Positions 19,235 to 31,074 of a stretch of 64,000 nucleotides of DNA are shown piece by piece (position 1 is the stretch's first letter; each line of letters begins with the position of its first letter). The position numbers and the translations under genes were made by a program. The stretch lies in NCBI GenBank assembly GCA_018971305.1, contig JAGXBC010000001.1:98284-162283 (forward strand), in the 5' to 3' direction. The notes beneath the pieces are model-generated. The model was not told the DNA's origin, made no database searches, and was given only the letters and a program-made list of their open reading frames with translations. This DNA is from Patescibacteria group bacterium. GTDB lineage: Bacteria > Patescibacteriota > Minisyncoccia > UBA6257 > 2-01-FULL-56-20.

Positions 19235-19282
19235 AAACTCCCCAATCTTTGTCGGAACGAGCCGATATTTAATATTTCAGAA

Positions 19283-20233
19283 CTATTGAGTGGTAGAAGA
19301 GCTGCTTACCGCGGATGTGGATGTGATGGTAGATATGTCCGAACCGTTGACTGCCGTTATAGTGGCATCTCTTGAACCTGGCGCGTGCGTTCCAGATAGG
19401 GAAACAGTTTGATTCACGAATGGTTTCAGTGCTGCATCAACTTTGGCATCTTTGTAATTTTTTACGTAAATCTTTATACCGTTTTTAGTGGTGAGATTGT
19501 ATTGTACCTGCCCGCCTCCGGCGAGTACGCCGCTCACACTGAAGGCCAGGTCTTCGGTAGACGTAGAACCCGAAGGAACTCCGACAAAAGAAATCTCATC
19601 AATCAGCCCCTGGTTATCTTTTTGCAACGAAGAAACTTGCGAGGCTAGATCGCCATTCTTGCTCTTTAAATCGGCAATTTGGGAATTGAGAGCGGTTATA
19701 TTTGATACGACGGCGTCTCCACTAGAAGAAAAAGCTGTTATTTTTTGCTGAAAAGATTTGTCCTGTAAGTACAAATATACGTCCCCTGCCGCGAGCGCCA
19801 CTGCAACCACTCCGAGAACAATCATAATGATGGTTGGCGCGGTAAATCTTGACATACCTGGCATTTTCTTCGTCAATAAAATTTTATTGGCTGTTTCGGG
19901 TTTGTTATTATTTTTATCGGCAGTTGCTTTCGCAGCCATATTAAGCTGCGTACTGCCCAAAAGATCGCTTACGATTATGGGGGCCTGCTGACTGGAAGGT
20001 AGACCGAAATTAGCTACGATTGGAGCATTCGATTTAGCTGCCATGTCTTTGCTGGTCGCTGCTTGTCCATCTGATACAGCGGCTTGTTTCCCGCCACCGG
20101 ATATCTCACCCAAGGAATCTTCTACGTCCGCAGACGGCCAACCGGCATCCACAAGAGCCGCCTTCGTCGCACTCGCATCAACTCCGAGCTTGAGCTGTTC
20201 TTTTATATAATCAACGAGTTGCTGTTGAACCAT
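19283..20233 (-). CDS. Hypothetical membrane-anchored protein with a coiled-coil region and an Ala/Ser-rich sequence.
   Basis: 316-aa ORF with a central TM segment IIMIVLGVVAVALAAG. Confidence 0.4.
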   Translation of the reverse strand: MVQQQLVDYIKEQLKLGVDASATKAALVDAGWPSADVEDSLGEISGGGKQAAVSDGQAATSKDMAAKSNAPIVANFGLPSSQQAPIIVSDLLGSTQLNMAAKATADKNNNKPETANKILLTKKMPGMSRFTAPTIIMIVLGVVAVALAAGDVYLYLQDKSFQQKITAFSSSGDAVVSNITALNSQIADLKSKNGDLASQVSSLQKDNQGLIDEISFVGVPSGSTSTEDLAFSVSGVLAGGGQVQYNLTTKNGIKIYVKNYKDAKVDAALKPFVNQTVSLSGTHAPGSRDATITAVNGSDISTITSTSAVSSSSTTQ

Positions 20234-20401
20234 ATGAATAATTATAGCACTTTTACACGACTACACATCCACAATATGGTAAACCCCGATTTATATAACT
20301 CACGGATTGTTGCGGGAAGCTCATATAAGCCGGATATTTGACGACGATAACAATGTCTTGCTACGGTAGTGATAGCAGAATTGAGTATTGGAGGAAAAGA
20401 T

Positions 20402-22042
20402 ATGAAACAAACACTATGCTTGTTGCTGTTGTTGATTGGCTTACCGTCTATTGCTCTTACCCAACAGAAAGGAATAGTTGACCCCAAAAGCGCTATCGTA
20501 AGAATTAAGTCCGGAAGGGTTTTTTCCATTAGGAAATCGGGAAATGGGATTTGCCTCGACACCCCATGCCTGCACGTACTCGCCAATGCCCACACAATAT
20601 ATTTTATGGAAAAAGGGATTCGAGTTGAAGGTGTAAAGGTTAAAAAGTCTCAGATGGCAACCGGCCCAAAAGACGAAGGCGCAAAGCCATCGCTTATCGC
20701 TGGAGTTTACAGTTGGACCGGAAATCCAGAACGAGATATAGCATTGCTTACCCTGGAAAAACCTCTGCCGGATAGATTCCGCAGCCTACCATTTGCCGAT
20801 CATAATCCTGCCATGAATGAACAGGTAACGGGTATTGCTTATAGCGGTGATGTTTTAAAGATTTATGATGGACAAATTACCGGGCTTGGAGTAGTTATTG
20901 GTACAGATCAAGACCCCCGCTCTTCCGCGGTAAAAATTGAGAGGCTTCTTGATTTAAGCTTTATTATCAGCTTCGGTAACAGCGGCGGCGCTGTCTGTGA
21001 TGCAACTGGCCATATCATAGGAATCATAAAAGGCATTACCTATGACAAAGATTCCGGAGGGTCATCGGTCGCAACCGGCACCCTGGCAGTTCCGATATCC
21101 ACTATATACAAATTTCTTGCGGATACAGATCACGATCTATGGACACGACTCTTCAAGTCCGAGCTACTACCGTATGAAATATCCGACGGATCTTCGATAA
21201 ACAATAATAATCCTGTTAATCCGAAGGTTCCGGATACAATCGTTGCGCCTGCGGTCCCCAACTCCATTGTCACGGGAGATGCCCAAACTATAACCCCCAC
21301 AAATGCCGAGAGGATAAAAAGTTATCTGGATACACCACCAGTAAAGGACAAGACCGTCGACGAGAAACTGTTTATAAGCAAAGCGAAAAATGTTGCGAGC
21401 GCCAATCTTTCATCAATGATAAATGTTTTCGCAACACAGAAAGTAGACTTCTGGGGAGACGGACAGGAGAAAATGTCTTGGTCCTATGAAGTGGCGATTT
21501 ACGAAGACAGGGAGATGTTCAAAAGGGTCCACCCGAACGGTAAAATAGATAAGGATACATCTTCGCCGCCATGTCCATCGTACGGAACTTGTCCAGAAAG
21601 ACAGTGGAGGGATTTTCTCTATTACTTTACCACTGCGAAGAATTTGTCATATGAGGGCAGAAGCTCTGTTAAAAAAGAAATCGTATATGTGTTCAGTTAC
21701 GAGAATAATCTATGTCCCGTACACGAAATAAACACCTCTTTATTGATTCATTTTAATTGGAGGGGGTATGTCGGTTGTTCTAGTAAAATCATAACGGATG
21801 TAAACCTTAATCCGATAAAGATTTATCTCCAGTACTCACCAATGTCAATCCCCCGCATTATGACCACGGAGGTGGAATATTCCAGGATTGACTTCCAAAA
21901 TGGTTCCAAACCTCTATGGCTGCCGACAAAGATAGATATGTCTGCCACGTTTTACAATGGCAGCAAACATTTCGCCTCGGGAACTTGGAACAATTACCAC
22001 AAGTTCTATTCCAAAACAAAGATCGTATCGTTCAAGCAATAA
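20402..22042 (+). CDS. Secreted trypsin-like (S1 family) serine peptidase with a ~300-aa C-terminal domain of unknown function.
   Basis: A signal peptide MKQTLCLLLLLIGLPSIAL follows a GGAGGA ribosome-binding site. Catalytic His is at HVLANAH, Asp at DIALL, and Ser in GNSGG. Confidence 0.65.
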   Translation: MKQTLCLLLLLIGLPSIALTQQKGIVDPKSAIVRIKSGRVFSIRKSGNGICLDTPCLHVLANAHTIYFMEKGIRVEGVKVKKSQMATGPKDEGAKPSLIAGVYSWTGNPERDIALLTLEKPLPDRFRSLPFADHNPAMNEQVTGIAYSGDVLKIYDGQITGLGVVIGTDQDPRSSAVKIERLLDLSFIISFGNSGGAVCDATGHIIGIIKGITYDKDSGGSSVATGTLAVPISTIYKFLADTDHDLWTRLFKSELLPYEISDGSSINNNNPVNPKVPDTIVAPAVPNSIVTGDAQTITPTNAERIKSYLDTPPVKDKTVDEKLFISKAKNVASANLSSMINVFATQKVDFWGDGQEKMSWSYEVAIYEDREMFKRVHPNGKIDKDTSSPPCPSYGTCPERQWRDFLYYFTTAKNLSYEGRSSVKKEIVYVFSYENNLCPVHEINTSLLIHFNWRGYVGCSSKIITDVNLNPIKIYLQYSPMSIPRIMTTEVEYSRIDFQNGSKPLWLPTKIDMSATFYNGSKHFASGTWNNYHKFYSKTKIVSFKQ

Positions 22043-22048
22043 AGATAA

Positions 22049-22078
22049 CCGGACGCCAGAATCGTCCGGTTTTTTAAT
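22049..22078 (+). terminator. Rho-independent terminator.
   Basis: CCGGACG-ccagaat-CGTCCGG followed by TTTTTTAATTTT. Confidence 0.65.
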
Positions 22079-22141
22079 TTTATTGGCGCAACGTACTGGA
22101 CGCCGCTGGAACCAGAATTAGGGAGTATACTAGGGCGATTT

Positions 22142-22882
22142 TTATAGCTCGCCCACCTTAATAGTTTCGATTACCATCTTCATTGGGATGCCACTTTTGT
22201 AATGCTTGCCCTGCCTAATCATATCTGATGACGGTTCTCGTATTGATTTCGTGAGTAAGCCATTTTTACCACACAAATTCATGTAATACTCCATCGGCCT
22301 ATAATACACAGACAGATCATCTTGCTTGCTCAGCCAGTGGTTGAAGGTTTTAACCTTGCGAGCTTCTAAATACTTTTCATTTTCATCATCGGCTTTCTCT
22401 TGAGGTACTGCTTCAATAGCTTTATAAAGAGACCATTTCATGGGATGGTCTATTGAGTAGATAAATCTGCCATTCATTTTAAGAATCTTTCGGACGTTAG
22501 AAAGGAATTTATCTACATCTTCTACATACCAAATAGCCATATGGATAATGACCAAATCAAAATAATTCTCTGGAAAATTTGTAAAATCTTCTGCTTCTTG
22601 TACGAAAAACTTTACGTTTAAGTTCTCATACTTTTCTTTCGATAGTTTTATTAGCTCGGGAGATATATCTGAAGCCCATACTTCTTTAGCGCCTTCTCTC
22701 ATTAGCTTCCTTGCAATATAGCCATTACCGCAAGCTATGTCGCAAATAGCTAGGCCTTTCTGGTCGCCAATTAAATCAAAAAGCGGTGGGTCGATGGTGT
22801 GCTGGTGATTATAGCTACCAGTATCACCCATATCTTCGTCATATTGTTTCGCGAACCTTTCAAACGAGGTATCGGAGTCCAT
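22142..22882 (-). CDS. Class I SAM-dependent methyltransferase.
   Basis: 246 aa. Motif I is ICDIACGNGY and motif post-I is ASDIS. Confidence 0.65.
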   Translation of the reverse strand: MDSDTSFERFAKQYDEDMGDTGSYNHQHTIDPPLFDLIGDQKGLAICDIACGNGYIARKLMREGAKEVWASDISPELIKLSKEKYENLNVKFFVQEAEDFTNFPENYFDLVIIHMAIWYVEDVDKFLSNVRKILKMNGRFIYSIDHPMKWSLYKAIEAVPQEKADDENEKYLEARKVKTFNHWLSKQDDLSVYYRPMEYYMNLCGKNGLLTKSIREPSSDMIRQGKHYKSGIPMKMVIETIKVGEL

Positions 22883-22963
22883 ACGATAATTTAAGCAAGG
22901 CGTAGTTCAAACGTCCATTCGCCCGCGTTTATAAAGCGAGGAAATATAAGGCTCAAATTTTTG

Positions 22964-23038
22964 CGCGGCCGACCGGATTCGAACCGGCGATCTTCCCCGT
23001 GACAGGGGGACGTGTTAACCAGGCTACACCACGGCCGC
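22964..23038 (-). tRNA. tRNA-Asp(GUC).
   Basis: GCGGCCG-TG-GTGT-AGCCTGGTTA-ACAC-G-TCCCC-CTGTCAC-GGGGA-AGATC-GCCGG-TTCGAAT-CCGGT-CGGCCGC-G. Confidence 0.85.
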
Positions 23039-23202
23039 ATACAAGTTAAATCTAATGTAAATAAAGAAAAAAGTGAAGTGGCGGAACGGTGCAATCATAA
23101 CCTGCTTGGCTCCTTGATTATTTATATCGGGATATTGTCATATCTTAAAGATGGTGGTATAGAATTATAGATAGAGATTCTATTGATGCGCAAAAAGGAG
23201 GT

Positions 23203-23754
23203 GTGCGGATGAGCAATGACGAAAGGCCCCCAAAATGCACTGAGTGGCTAAAAATTCCCCGCTTAATATATAAAAACAAAATTCTGCCGGTCTCCTTCAT
23301 AAGACACCTGAAGCATTGCAATGATTGTTTCATCCCTGCCACTTATTTTTTGGCAGAGATAGAAGCGGTCTCGACAATCTCCCACGCCTTCCGAGATAAC
23401 AACTGTCCGGAATCGGATAGCTTCCTTGTATTGCTAAGTTATGCCATAAGAGAATCCTTGATAAAAATAATGGGGAACACGAAAACGTTTCGCCTATATT
23501 TTACGCAACAAGAATGCGACGGGCTGATTGCCACCTGTAACCATATAAAGGGGCACCCACCGAGCTGTTGCGATCTGTGCAGATCATATTACGAACATCT
23601 GCTCGACCTGACGATAGAACTGCAAAAAAAATATGCCGAAAATATAAACCATGGCAAAAGAGTAATGGTGATCATCAGAGAACAATCCGTTACTGTGTGT
23701 GCCTCCGAAATACTGGAAAATCTTACGCTGAAGCCAGGCACTAAACCCAACTGA
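23203..23754 (+). CDS. Hypothetical Cys-rich protein.
   Basis: 183-aa ORF with several Cys pairs (CNDC, CC..C..C) that could bind metal. Confidence 0.35.
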   Translation: MRMSNDERPPKCTEWLKIPRLIYKNKILPVSFIRHLKHCNDCFIPATYFLAEIEAVSTISHAFRDNNCPESDSFLVLLSYAIRESLIKIMGNTKTFRLYFTQQECDGLIATCNHIKGHPPSCCDLCRSYYEHLLDLTIELQKKYAENINHGKRVMVIIREQSVTVCASEILENLTLKPGTKPN

Positions 23755-23786
23755 GAAAAGTTGGGATTTTTTTCTCCAAAACACTA

Positions 23787-25847
<2,061 letters not shown>

Positions 25848-26417
25848 TTACTGCGGGGGCGCAAAAACCTGGAAGTAGGTACGGAAAGACCTGCTCGCGA
25901 AGTTAGCCTCTCCAACCGCCTGGACGGAAGAAGCGTTAGAACAATTCAATTGTTGTTGCTCGGTGCCGTTAGAAGGGTCAAGACCGTAACAGGTCACGAC
26001 AACACTCGCGCCGTCGGCATATGGTCCAAGATTATATCCGCCGCTTGAATCGCAATTACTGCTCGGACATCCGATCGGGGGGCTTGATGGATGGAAATAC
26101 TGATACAATCCCCATTCCACGCCGCTGTCTGCTGCCATAATTGATTTAGTGGAATTGGTGAGGTCGGTTGTCTGGCGTATCTGATACGTCATTAAAAGTC
26201 CGGCTAAAGCGGATATTCCCAAAAGCGCTCCGCCCAAAGCCATAGAGGCGAGAATCATTATCTGGCCGCGGCGATTATCGGTTAGTGATTTATAGATCAG
26301 GAATTTTGAGGAAACAAAAGGCATATTTAAATTATACCCGTAAAAAATCCATCTCCAAAATCCTAAACATGCAGCCGATCGGTTCCCAGCTCTCTGTGAT
26401 TCGATAATAAATATCAA
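25848..26417 (-). CDS. Hypothetical secreted or pilin-like protein at the distal end of the pilus locus.
   Basis: 189-aa ORF. The internal segment RRGQIMILASMALGGALLGISALAGLL is a hydrophobic N-terminus that resembles a degenerate prepilin. It is Cys-rich. Confidence 0.35.
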   Translation of the reverse strand: MIFIIESQRAGNRSAACLGFWRWIFYGYNLNMPFVSSKFLIYKSLTDNRRGQIMILASMALGGALLGISALAGLLMTYQIRQTTDLTNSTKSIMAADSGVEWGLYQYFHPSSPPIGCPSSNCDSSGGYNLGPYADGASVVVTCYGLDPSNGTEQQQLNCSNASSVQAVGEANFASRSFRTYFQVFAPPQ

Positions 26418-26431
26418 AAAGTCGTAACCAA

Positions 26432-26986
26432 CTATTTCTCTATATAACCCAAAGTGATTACCTTAACGGTAGTTTGGACCGGAACAGATGTCTGGCCAGC
26501 AAAGTTTTGGCAAGTCAAAGTGTAGACGGTCGTAGCACCCGGAGAAACCTGGATTTGTCCTGAAGGGTTCTGATTTTGAGCTGCTACGAAAGCGCCGCTG
26601 CCATCGGTCTTGGACCCCATGATAACACAGGATGCGGGTACGGCATTCGTACAGTTCCAGGAAAGCGTAGACGATGCCGGAGGCGGGATAAGAAGTTGGG
26701 GCGGATTTGCGCTGAATGTCGGGCACGCGGCAGGATCAAAGACTTGAAGTGTAAGCGTAAGTGCCTGGGAATTTACACTGTTCCCTGTTGAAGCGTCTAT
26801 TCCCTGGACCGTTAGCGGTATAGAATACGTATTCGCCACACTGGGAGTAACATCTATTGAACCGGGTATCGCCGTTGAAGCCGCCGGAACTCTCCGGAAA
26901 GAAAAAAGGAATAGGGCGATGATGGCAACGATGACTATGGATACCGCTTCTTTGCCGCTTAAGATTTTTACAATTTTTTGTTTCAT
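26432..26986 (-). CDS. Hypothetical secreted protein (Ig-like or beta-rich). It may start further upstream.
   Basis: MKQKIVKILSGKEAVSIVIVAIIALFLF is a signal anchor. It is followed by a Thr/Ser/Pro-rich beta-like sequence. Confidence 0.4.
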   Translation of the reverse strand: MKQKIVKILSGKEAVSIVIVAIIALFLFSFRRVPAASTAIPGSIDVTPSVANTYSIPLTVQGIDASTGNSVNSQALTLTLQVFDPAACPTFSANPPQLLIPPPASSTLSWNCTNAVPASCVIMGSKTDGSGAFVAAQNQNPSGQIQVSPGATTVYTLTCQNFAGQTSVPVQTTVKVITLGYIEK

Positions 26987-27047
26987 TTGTTTCGTGTTCG
27001 TGATTAATATTAAATATTTATTATCAGGGAAACTCAGTATTGATTTA

Positions 27048-30000
27048 CTATAATGTCCCACCTCCGCCATTAATATCTGTTACTGTAATGGTGGCCTGCG
27101 CGTATTTACTGGGATCCGCATCACTTGTTACTGTCAAAGTACACGTCCCGATGCCATTCGGTGTATAGATCCAATAATTACCACTGCTGAAATTAAGCGA
27201 GCCGGCGCAGGTATCATCATAGGAGAAAGAAGTGTTAGTCGTCCCTCCGACCACAATGGTGAAAGTCTTAGTCCCACCAATCTTCACCCCTGCTGTAGTC
27301 GGAGAGATTGTAATGGTTACAGGATTTACGGTAACTGTTGCAGACGCGGTCTTTGTGCTATCAACGATGCTTTTCGCCGTGACGGTGCAGGTGGTTACGA
27401 CCGTAACGGAAGACGGCGCCGTGTACGAACCGATATTGGAAACAGTACCGCAACCGGTAGCGGGACTCACCGACCAGGTAACACCGGAATTGTTGACAGT
27501 TCCGTTAATGGAAGCGTTGAATTGTTGGCTGTTGCCGACAGATAGAGTAGCACTCGTTGGAGATATGGTAACGACCATAGAATTTACGGTAACTGTTGCC
27601 GACGCCGACTTTGTGCTATCGGCATTACTTGTAGCTGTTACGGTGCAAGTCGCCGCGGAACTAGGAGCGGTGTAAAGACCACCGGAAGATACAGAACCGC
27701 AACCGGTAGCAGGACTCACGGACCAGGTAACACCGGAGTTATTTACAGTCCCATTAATGGAAGCGTTGAATTGTTTTTGATTACTACCATTAGACGGGAG
27801 AGTAGCGCTCGATGGAGAAATCGTAACTGCTATAGAGGCCTGAGTGGCTTGAAGAGTAATGTTCGCTATAGAGGATTTCGTGGGGTCGGCATTGCTTGTC
27901 GCCGTCACGGTGCAACCCGTTGCCACGGAACTGGGAGCGGTGTATGTCACGTAATCTGTTGAAGTTGCGGTAGTTAGCGGGGAAACCGAACCGCAACCGC
28001 TTACTGGGCTTAGGGACCAGGTAACGGAGGTGTCATCATCTCCCCCAACCGTAGCCGAGAATGACTGGTTACCATTTGTTGGCACTGTGGCGGATGTAGG
28101 TGCGATGGAAACAATTACTGGGTTTATTGTGAAAGTGGCGGAGGAGGATACCGTTGGGTCGGCATTACTTGTTGCAGTCACCGTGCAAGTAGTTGCAACT
28201 GCAACTGAAGACGGCGCAGTGTATATAACAGAATTAGGGTTGCCGGAAGTAGCGAGCGGGGAAACCGAACCGCAACCGCTCGCGGGACTGACGGACCAGG
28301 TAACGGCGGTATTTATAGTTCCATCAACCGCCGCAGAGAATGATTGAGTATCTTTGATTTGTAATGGTGCAAGGGTTAGCGCTGCGGTTGTCGGTGAAAC
28401 TGAGATAATTATGTTATTCATAGTAACGGTTGCCGAGGCCGTTTTAGTCGGGTCTGCATTACTGGCGACAGTAACGGTGCAAGTTTCTTTAATACTAGGC
28501 GCAGTGTATAAGCCACCAGCAGTGATAGAACCGCAACCGCTTGCTGGGCTTACGGACCAGGTAACAGCGGTATTCGTGGTTCCACTGCCGATTACCGCTT
28601 GAAATTGATGGGTCTCGCCGAATCGTAGAACCACAGCTGTCGGCGAAGAGATTGAAATAGTCACGGGAAGTGTTGAGCCGGTAACTTGGCCGCTGGCGTC
28701 TACCGGGCAATTGATAGACGCGCTCGCATCGGAAGATATTGATCCTAATGTACAGATAGCTCCAAGCTCACCTCCACCAGTATTTTTCACATAGAAAGGT
28801 ATGGATACTTTTTGACCAGTTGTAGATTTGAGAGTAATTGACGGCTGATAATTAACAGAATCAAATGATGCCCAAAGAACAGGGGCAGTAATCCAGTTAA
28901 TAGTAAAAGTAATATTGCCTCCGCCGTTCAACGGACAGGTGGCCTGAGGCCCGCTACTGCCGCAGCTTGAAGTAATGCTCCCCAATACATAACCCGTCGG
29001 AGCCACTGGCGCACCTACCGTATAATTGGCGCCAGTAGGTAGGTTATCGTAAGTAGCAGAGGTACCCGAACAAGATGATATAGAACAAGGATCAATTGAT
29101 GGATAATAAGGAAATTGCCAAGAAGCGGAAAGCGGAGTACCGGTAGTTGGATCGTTTGAACTCACTGCCTGAGAGTTAACGGTTATCGATCCACCGGGGC
29201 TGAAAAATTTATAAACAACAGAATTGGTCGTATAATTTCCACCGCTGCATCCTGAATAGCTTGTTGAAACGGAAACATTTCCCGGAGACGAAAGGCTGAT
29301 TATTGCATGAGACGGCTCGCTACCTGCGGCCTGAGTATTGTATTCAAACACGCGGAATGTTCCATCGCTGTTCCAGGGGACAGGTGCTCCGGAAACATTA
29401 GTATGTATATAACAACCTCCGCCGGACTGATCGCCTCCGCCAACTCCAATAATATGAGGTGTATTTTCCACGAGCCAATGCCCGGCAGGAAGACTTACTG
29501 TTGGAGCGGCATACACCGATGTCCTGACGGCCGCAAAATCCGTGCCTCCATTAATCAAAAAAAACTTATAAACGATGGAATTGCTGGTATAGTTACCGCC
29601 GCTGCAGCCCGGATAGCTTGTTGAAACAGATACGTTACCGGGGGATGAAAGATTAAACATCGCCTGGGAAGGCTCCAGTATCGCTGCTCCTGCGGAGTAT
29701 TCAAAAACGCGGAAAGTTCCGTCATCATTGGAGGAAACTAGTGGCCCGGAGACAGTTGTGTGTATTGAACAACCTCCGCCGGACTGATCGCCTCCGCCGC
29801 TTCCTACGATATGAGGCGTATTTTCCACAAGCCAATTCCCTGCGGGCAGACTTACAGTCATAACAGAATTACTCGTGGTCCTCGCAACAGCAAATTCTGC
29901 ACTACCAGTGATCAGGAAGAACTTATAGACAACCGAGTTCGTGGTATAATTTCCTCCATCGCAGCCGGTATAACTTGTTGAAATATAAATCTTCCCGGGA

Positions 30001-30395
30001 GCAGAAAGGCTTATTCTGGTGTGAGCAGGTTCAATACCTGCGGCCTGAGTATTGTATTCAAACACGCGGAAAGTGCCGTTATCATTCCAGGAAACTAGTG
30101 CTCCCGAAACACTCGTATATATGGAACATCCTCCGCCGAACCGATTGCCTCCTCCGGCTCCAACAATATGAGGAGTATTTTCCACAAGCCAGTCTCCGGC
30201 AGGCAAGCTTACCGTTTGCAAACCGACTGTCGGAGAGGTCACCACAAGAAAAGCCGACGAACCTGAAGATGCATACGCCTTGTTAACTGACGCCGGAGAT
30301 AGAAATGATAAACATATCGAAAGAGATAAAACAAAAATAGCTGGACCAAGATAGAATTTTTTCATATAAAATTTACTCGCTGTTTTTTGTTTCAA
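27048..30395 (-). CDS. Giant (1115 aa) secreted surface protein or adhesin with internal tandem repeats (bacterial Ig-like-type).
   Basis: It has a signal peptide. There are three ~110-aa N-terminal repeats (LPAG.WLVENTPHI.G.GGG...GGGC.I.T.VSG...). There are seven or more ~90-aa repeats (VTWSVSP.SGCGS...YTAPSS...TCTVTATSNADPTK.ASATVTVN). Confidence 0.7.
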   Translation of the reverse strand: MKQKTASKFYMKKFYLGPAIFVLSLSICLSFLSPASVNKAYASSGSSAFLVVTSPTVGLQTVSLPAGDWLVENTPHIVGAGGGNRFGGGCSIYTSVSGALVSWNDNGTFRVFEYNTQAAGIEPAHTRISLSAPGKIYISTSYTGCDGGNYTTNSVVYKFFLITGSAEFAVARTTSNSVMTVSLPAGNWLVENTPHIVGSGGGDQSGGGCSIHTTVSGPLVSSNDDGTFRVFEYSAGAAILEPSQAMFNLSSPGNVSVSTSYPGCSGGNYTSNSIVYKFFLINGGTDFAAVRTSVYAAPTVSLPAGHWLVENTPHIIGVGGGDQSGGGCYIHTNVSGAPVPWNSDGTFRVFEYNTQAAGSEPSHAIISLSSPGNVSVSTSYSGCSGGNYTTNSVVYKFFSPGGSITVNSQAVSSNDPTTGTPLSASWQFPYYPSIDPCSISSCSGTSATYDNLPTGANYTVGAPVAPTGYVLGSITSSCGSSGPQATCPLNGGGNITFTINWITAPVLWASFDSVNYQPSITLKSTTGQKVSIPFYVKNTGGGELGAICTLGSISSDASASINCPVDASGQVTGSTLPVTISISSPTAVVLRFGETHQFQAVIGSGTTNTAVTWSVSPASGCGSITAGGLYTAPSIKETCTVTVASNADPTKTASATVTMNNIIISVSPTTAALTLAPLQIKDTQSFSAAVDGTINTAVTWSVSPASGCGSVSPLATSGNPNSVIYTAPSSVAVATTCTVTATSNADPTVSSSATFTINPVIVSIAPTSATVPTNGNQSFSATVGGDDDTSVTWSLSPVSGCGSVSPLTTATSTDYVTYTAPSSVATGCTVTATSNADPTKSSIANITLQATQASIAVTISPSSATLPSNGSNQKQFNASINGTVNNSGVTWSVSPATGCGSVSSGGLYTAPSSAATCTVTATSNADSTKSASATVTVNSMVVTISPTSATLSVGNSQQFNASINGTVNNSGVTWSVSPATGCGTVSNIGSYTAPSSVTVVTTCTVTAKSIVDSTKTASATVTVNPVTITISPTTAGVKIGGTKTFTIVVGGTTNTSFSYDDTCAGSLNFSSGNYWIYTPNGIGTCTLTVTSDADPSKYAQATITVTDINGGGGTL

Positions 30396-30396
30396 T

Positions 30397-30900
30397 TTAT
30401 TTCCCCGGCGTATAGCTTATAGTAACTTCTCGCACCTTACCGTTATCGACGATAGCCATACTCATAGATGTGCCGCCCTTCTCCGCGCCTAAGCCTCGAG
30501 AATTAGTATACTTTGTTATCTCGCGAGTGATAGTCCAGCCGTTTTGCGAAAAATATTTCTTATATTGAGAAAACAAATCCAACATAGATTCCGCCGATAT
30601 AAAATCGGTTGTGTCTTGCGTTGAACCGTCATACGGATAATTTATCTGGTAGCTCTGGCTTGTTGTTGCGTTCGCGGAACCCAAAATCAACTCACTCGGG
30701 AAACCGGGAGTTAGCTTACCCTGGGAAGCGTACGCGGCAATTGGTTTTACGTTCTCAGCTACCGAAGGCGATGGCGAGGACGTATTTTGTACCGCCTTTT
30801 TTTGCGCCGGTTTGCGGAACACCACTAAAGCCGTAGCGGCAACGACCACTATTATTATCGCTGTTACAGGTATTAGACTGTGTTTTGTATTTATCTCCAT
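30397..30900 (-). CDS. Hypothetical membrane-anchored protein. The start is uncertain, and the ORF is open to 31023.
   Basis: MEINTKHSLIPVTAIIIVVVAATALVVF is a TM anchor followed by a soluble domain. Confidence 0.4.
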   Translation of the reverse strand: MEINTKHSLIPVTAIIIVVVAATALVVFRKPAQKKAVQNTSSPSPSVAENVKPIAAYASQGKLTPGFPSELILGSANATTSQSYQINYPYDGSTQDTTDFISAESMLDLFSQYKKYFSQNGWTITREITKYTNSRGLGAEKGGTSMSMAIVDNGKVREVTISYTPGK

Positions 30901-31074
30901 CGTTGGCCTATGATGATGTCTTTTTCTAGCTATCTTTCTGTGTCGCCGCATGATTCCTGCTAATAATTTTATTATACCACATGGAATATGAACATATCGT
31001 TGAAAATTGCCTATCGTATGCATAAAACAAAACCCCCTCCGGCCGAAGTCGGAGGGGTTGAGAGATAAGGTAAT

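Noticed and set aside
22891-23094. 67-aa ORF on the minus strand.
   Set aside because: It overlaps tRNA-Asp. Spurious.
27232-28602. Plus-strand ORFs inside the giant adhesin gene.
   Set aside because: They are antisense products of a highly repetitive Thr/Val-rich coding region. The minus-strand frame is continuous for 1115 aa with a signal peptide.
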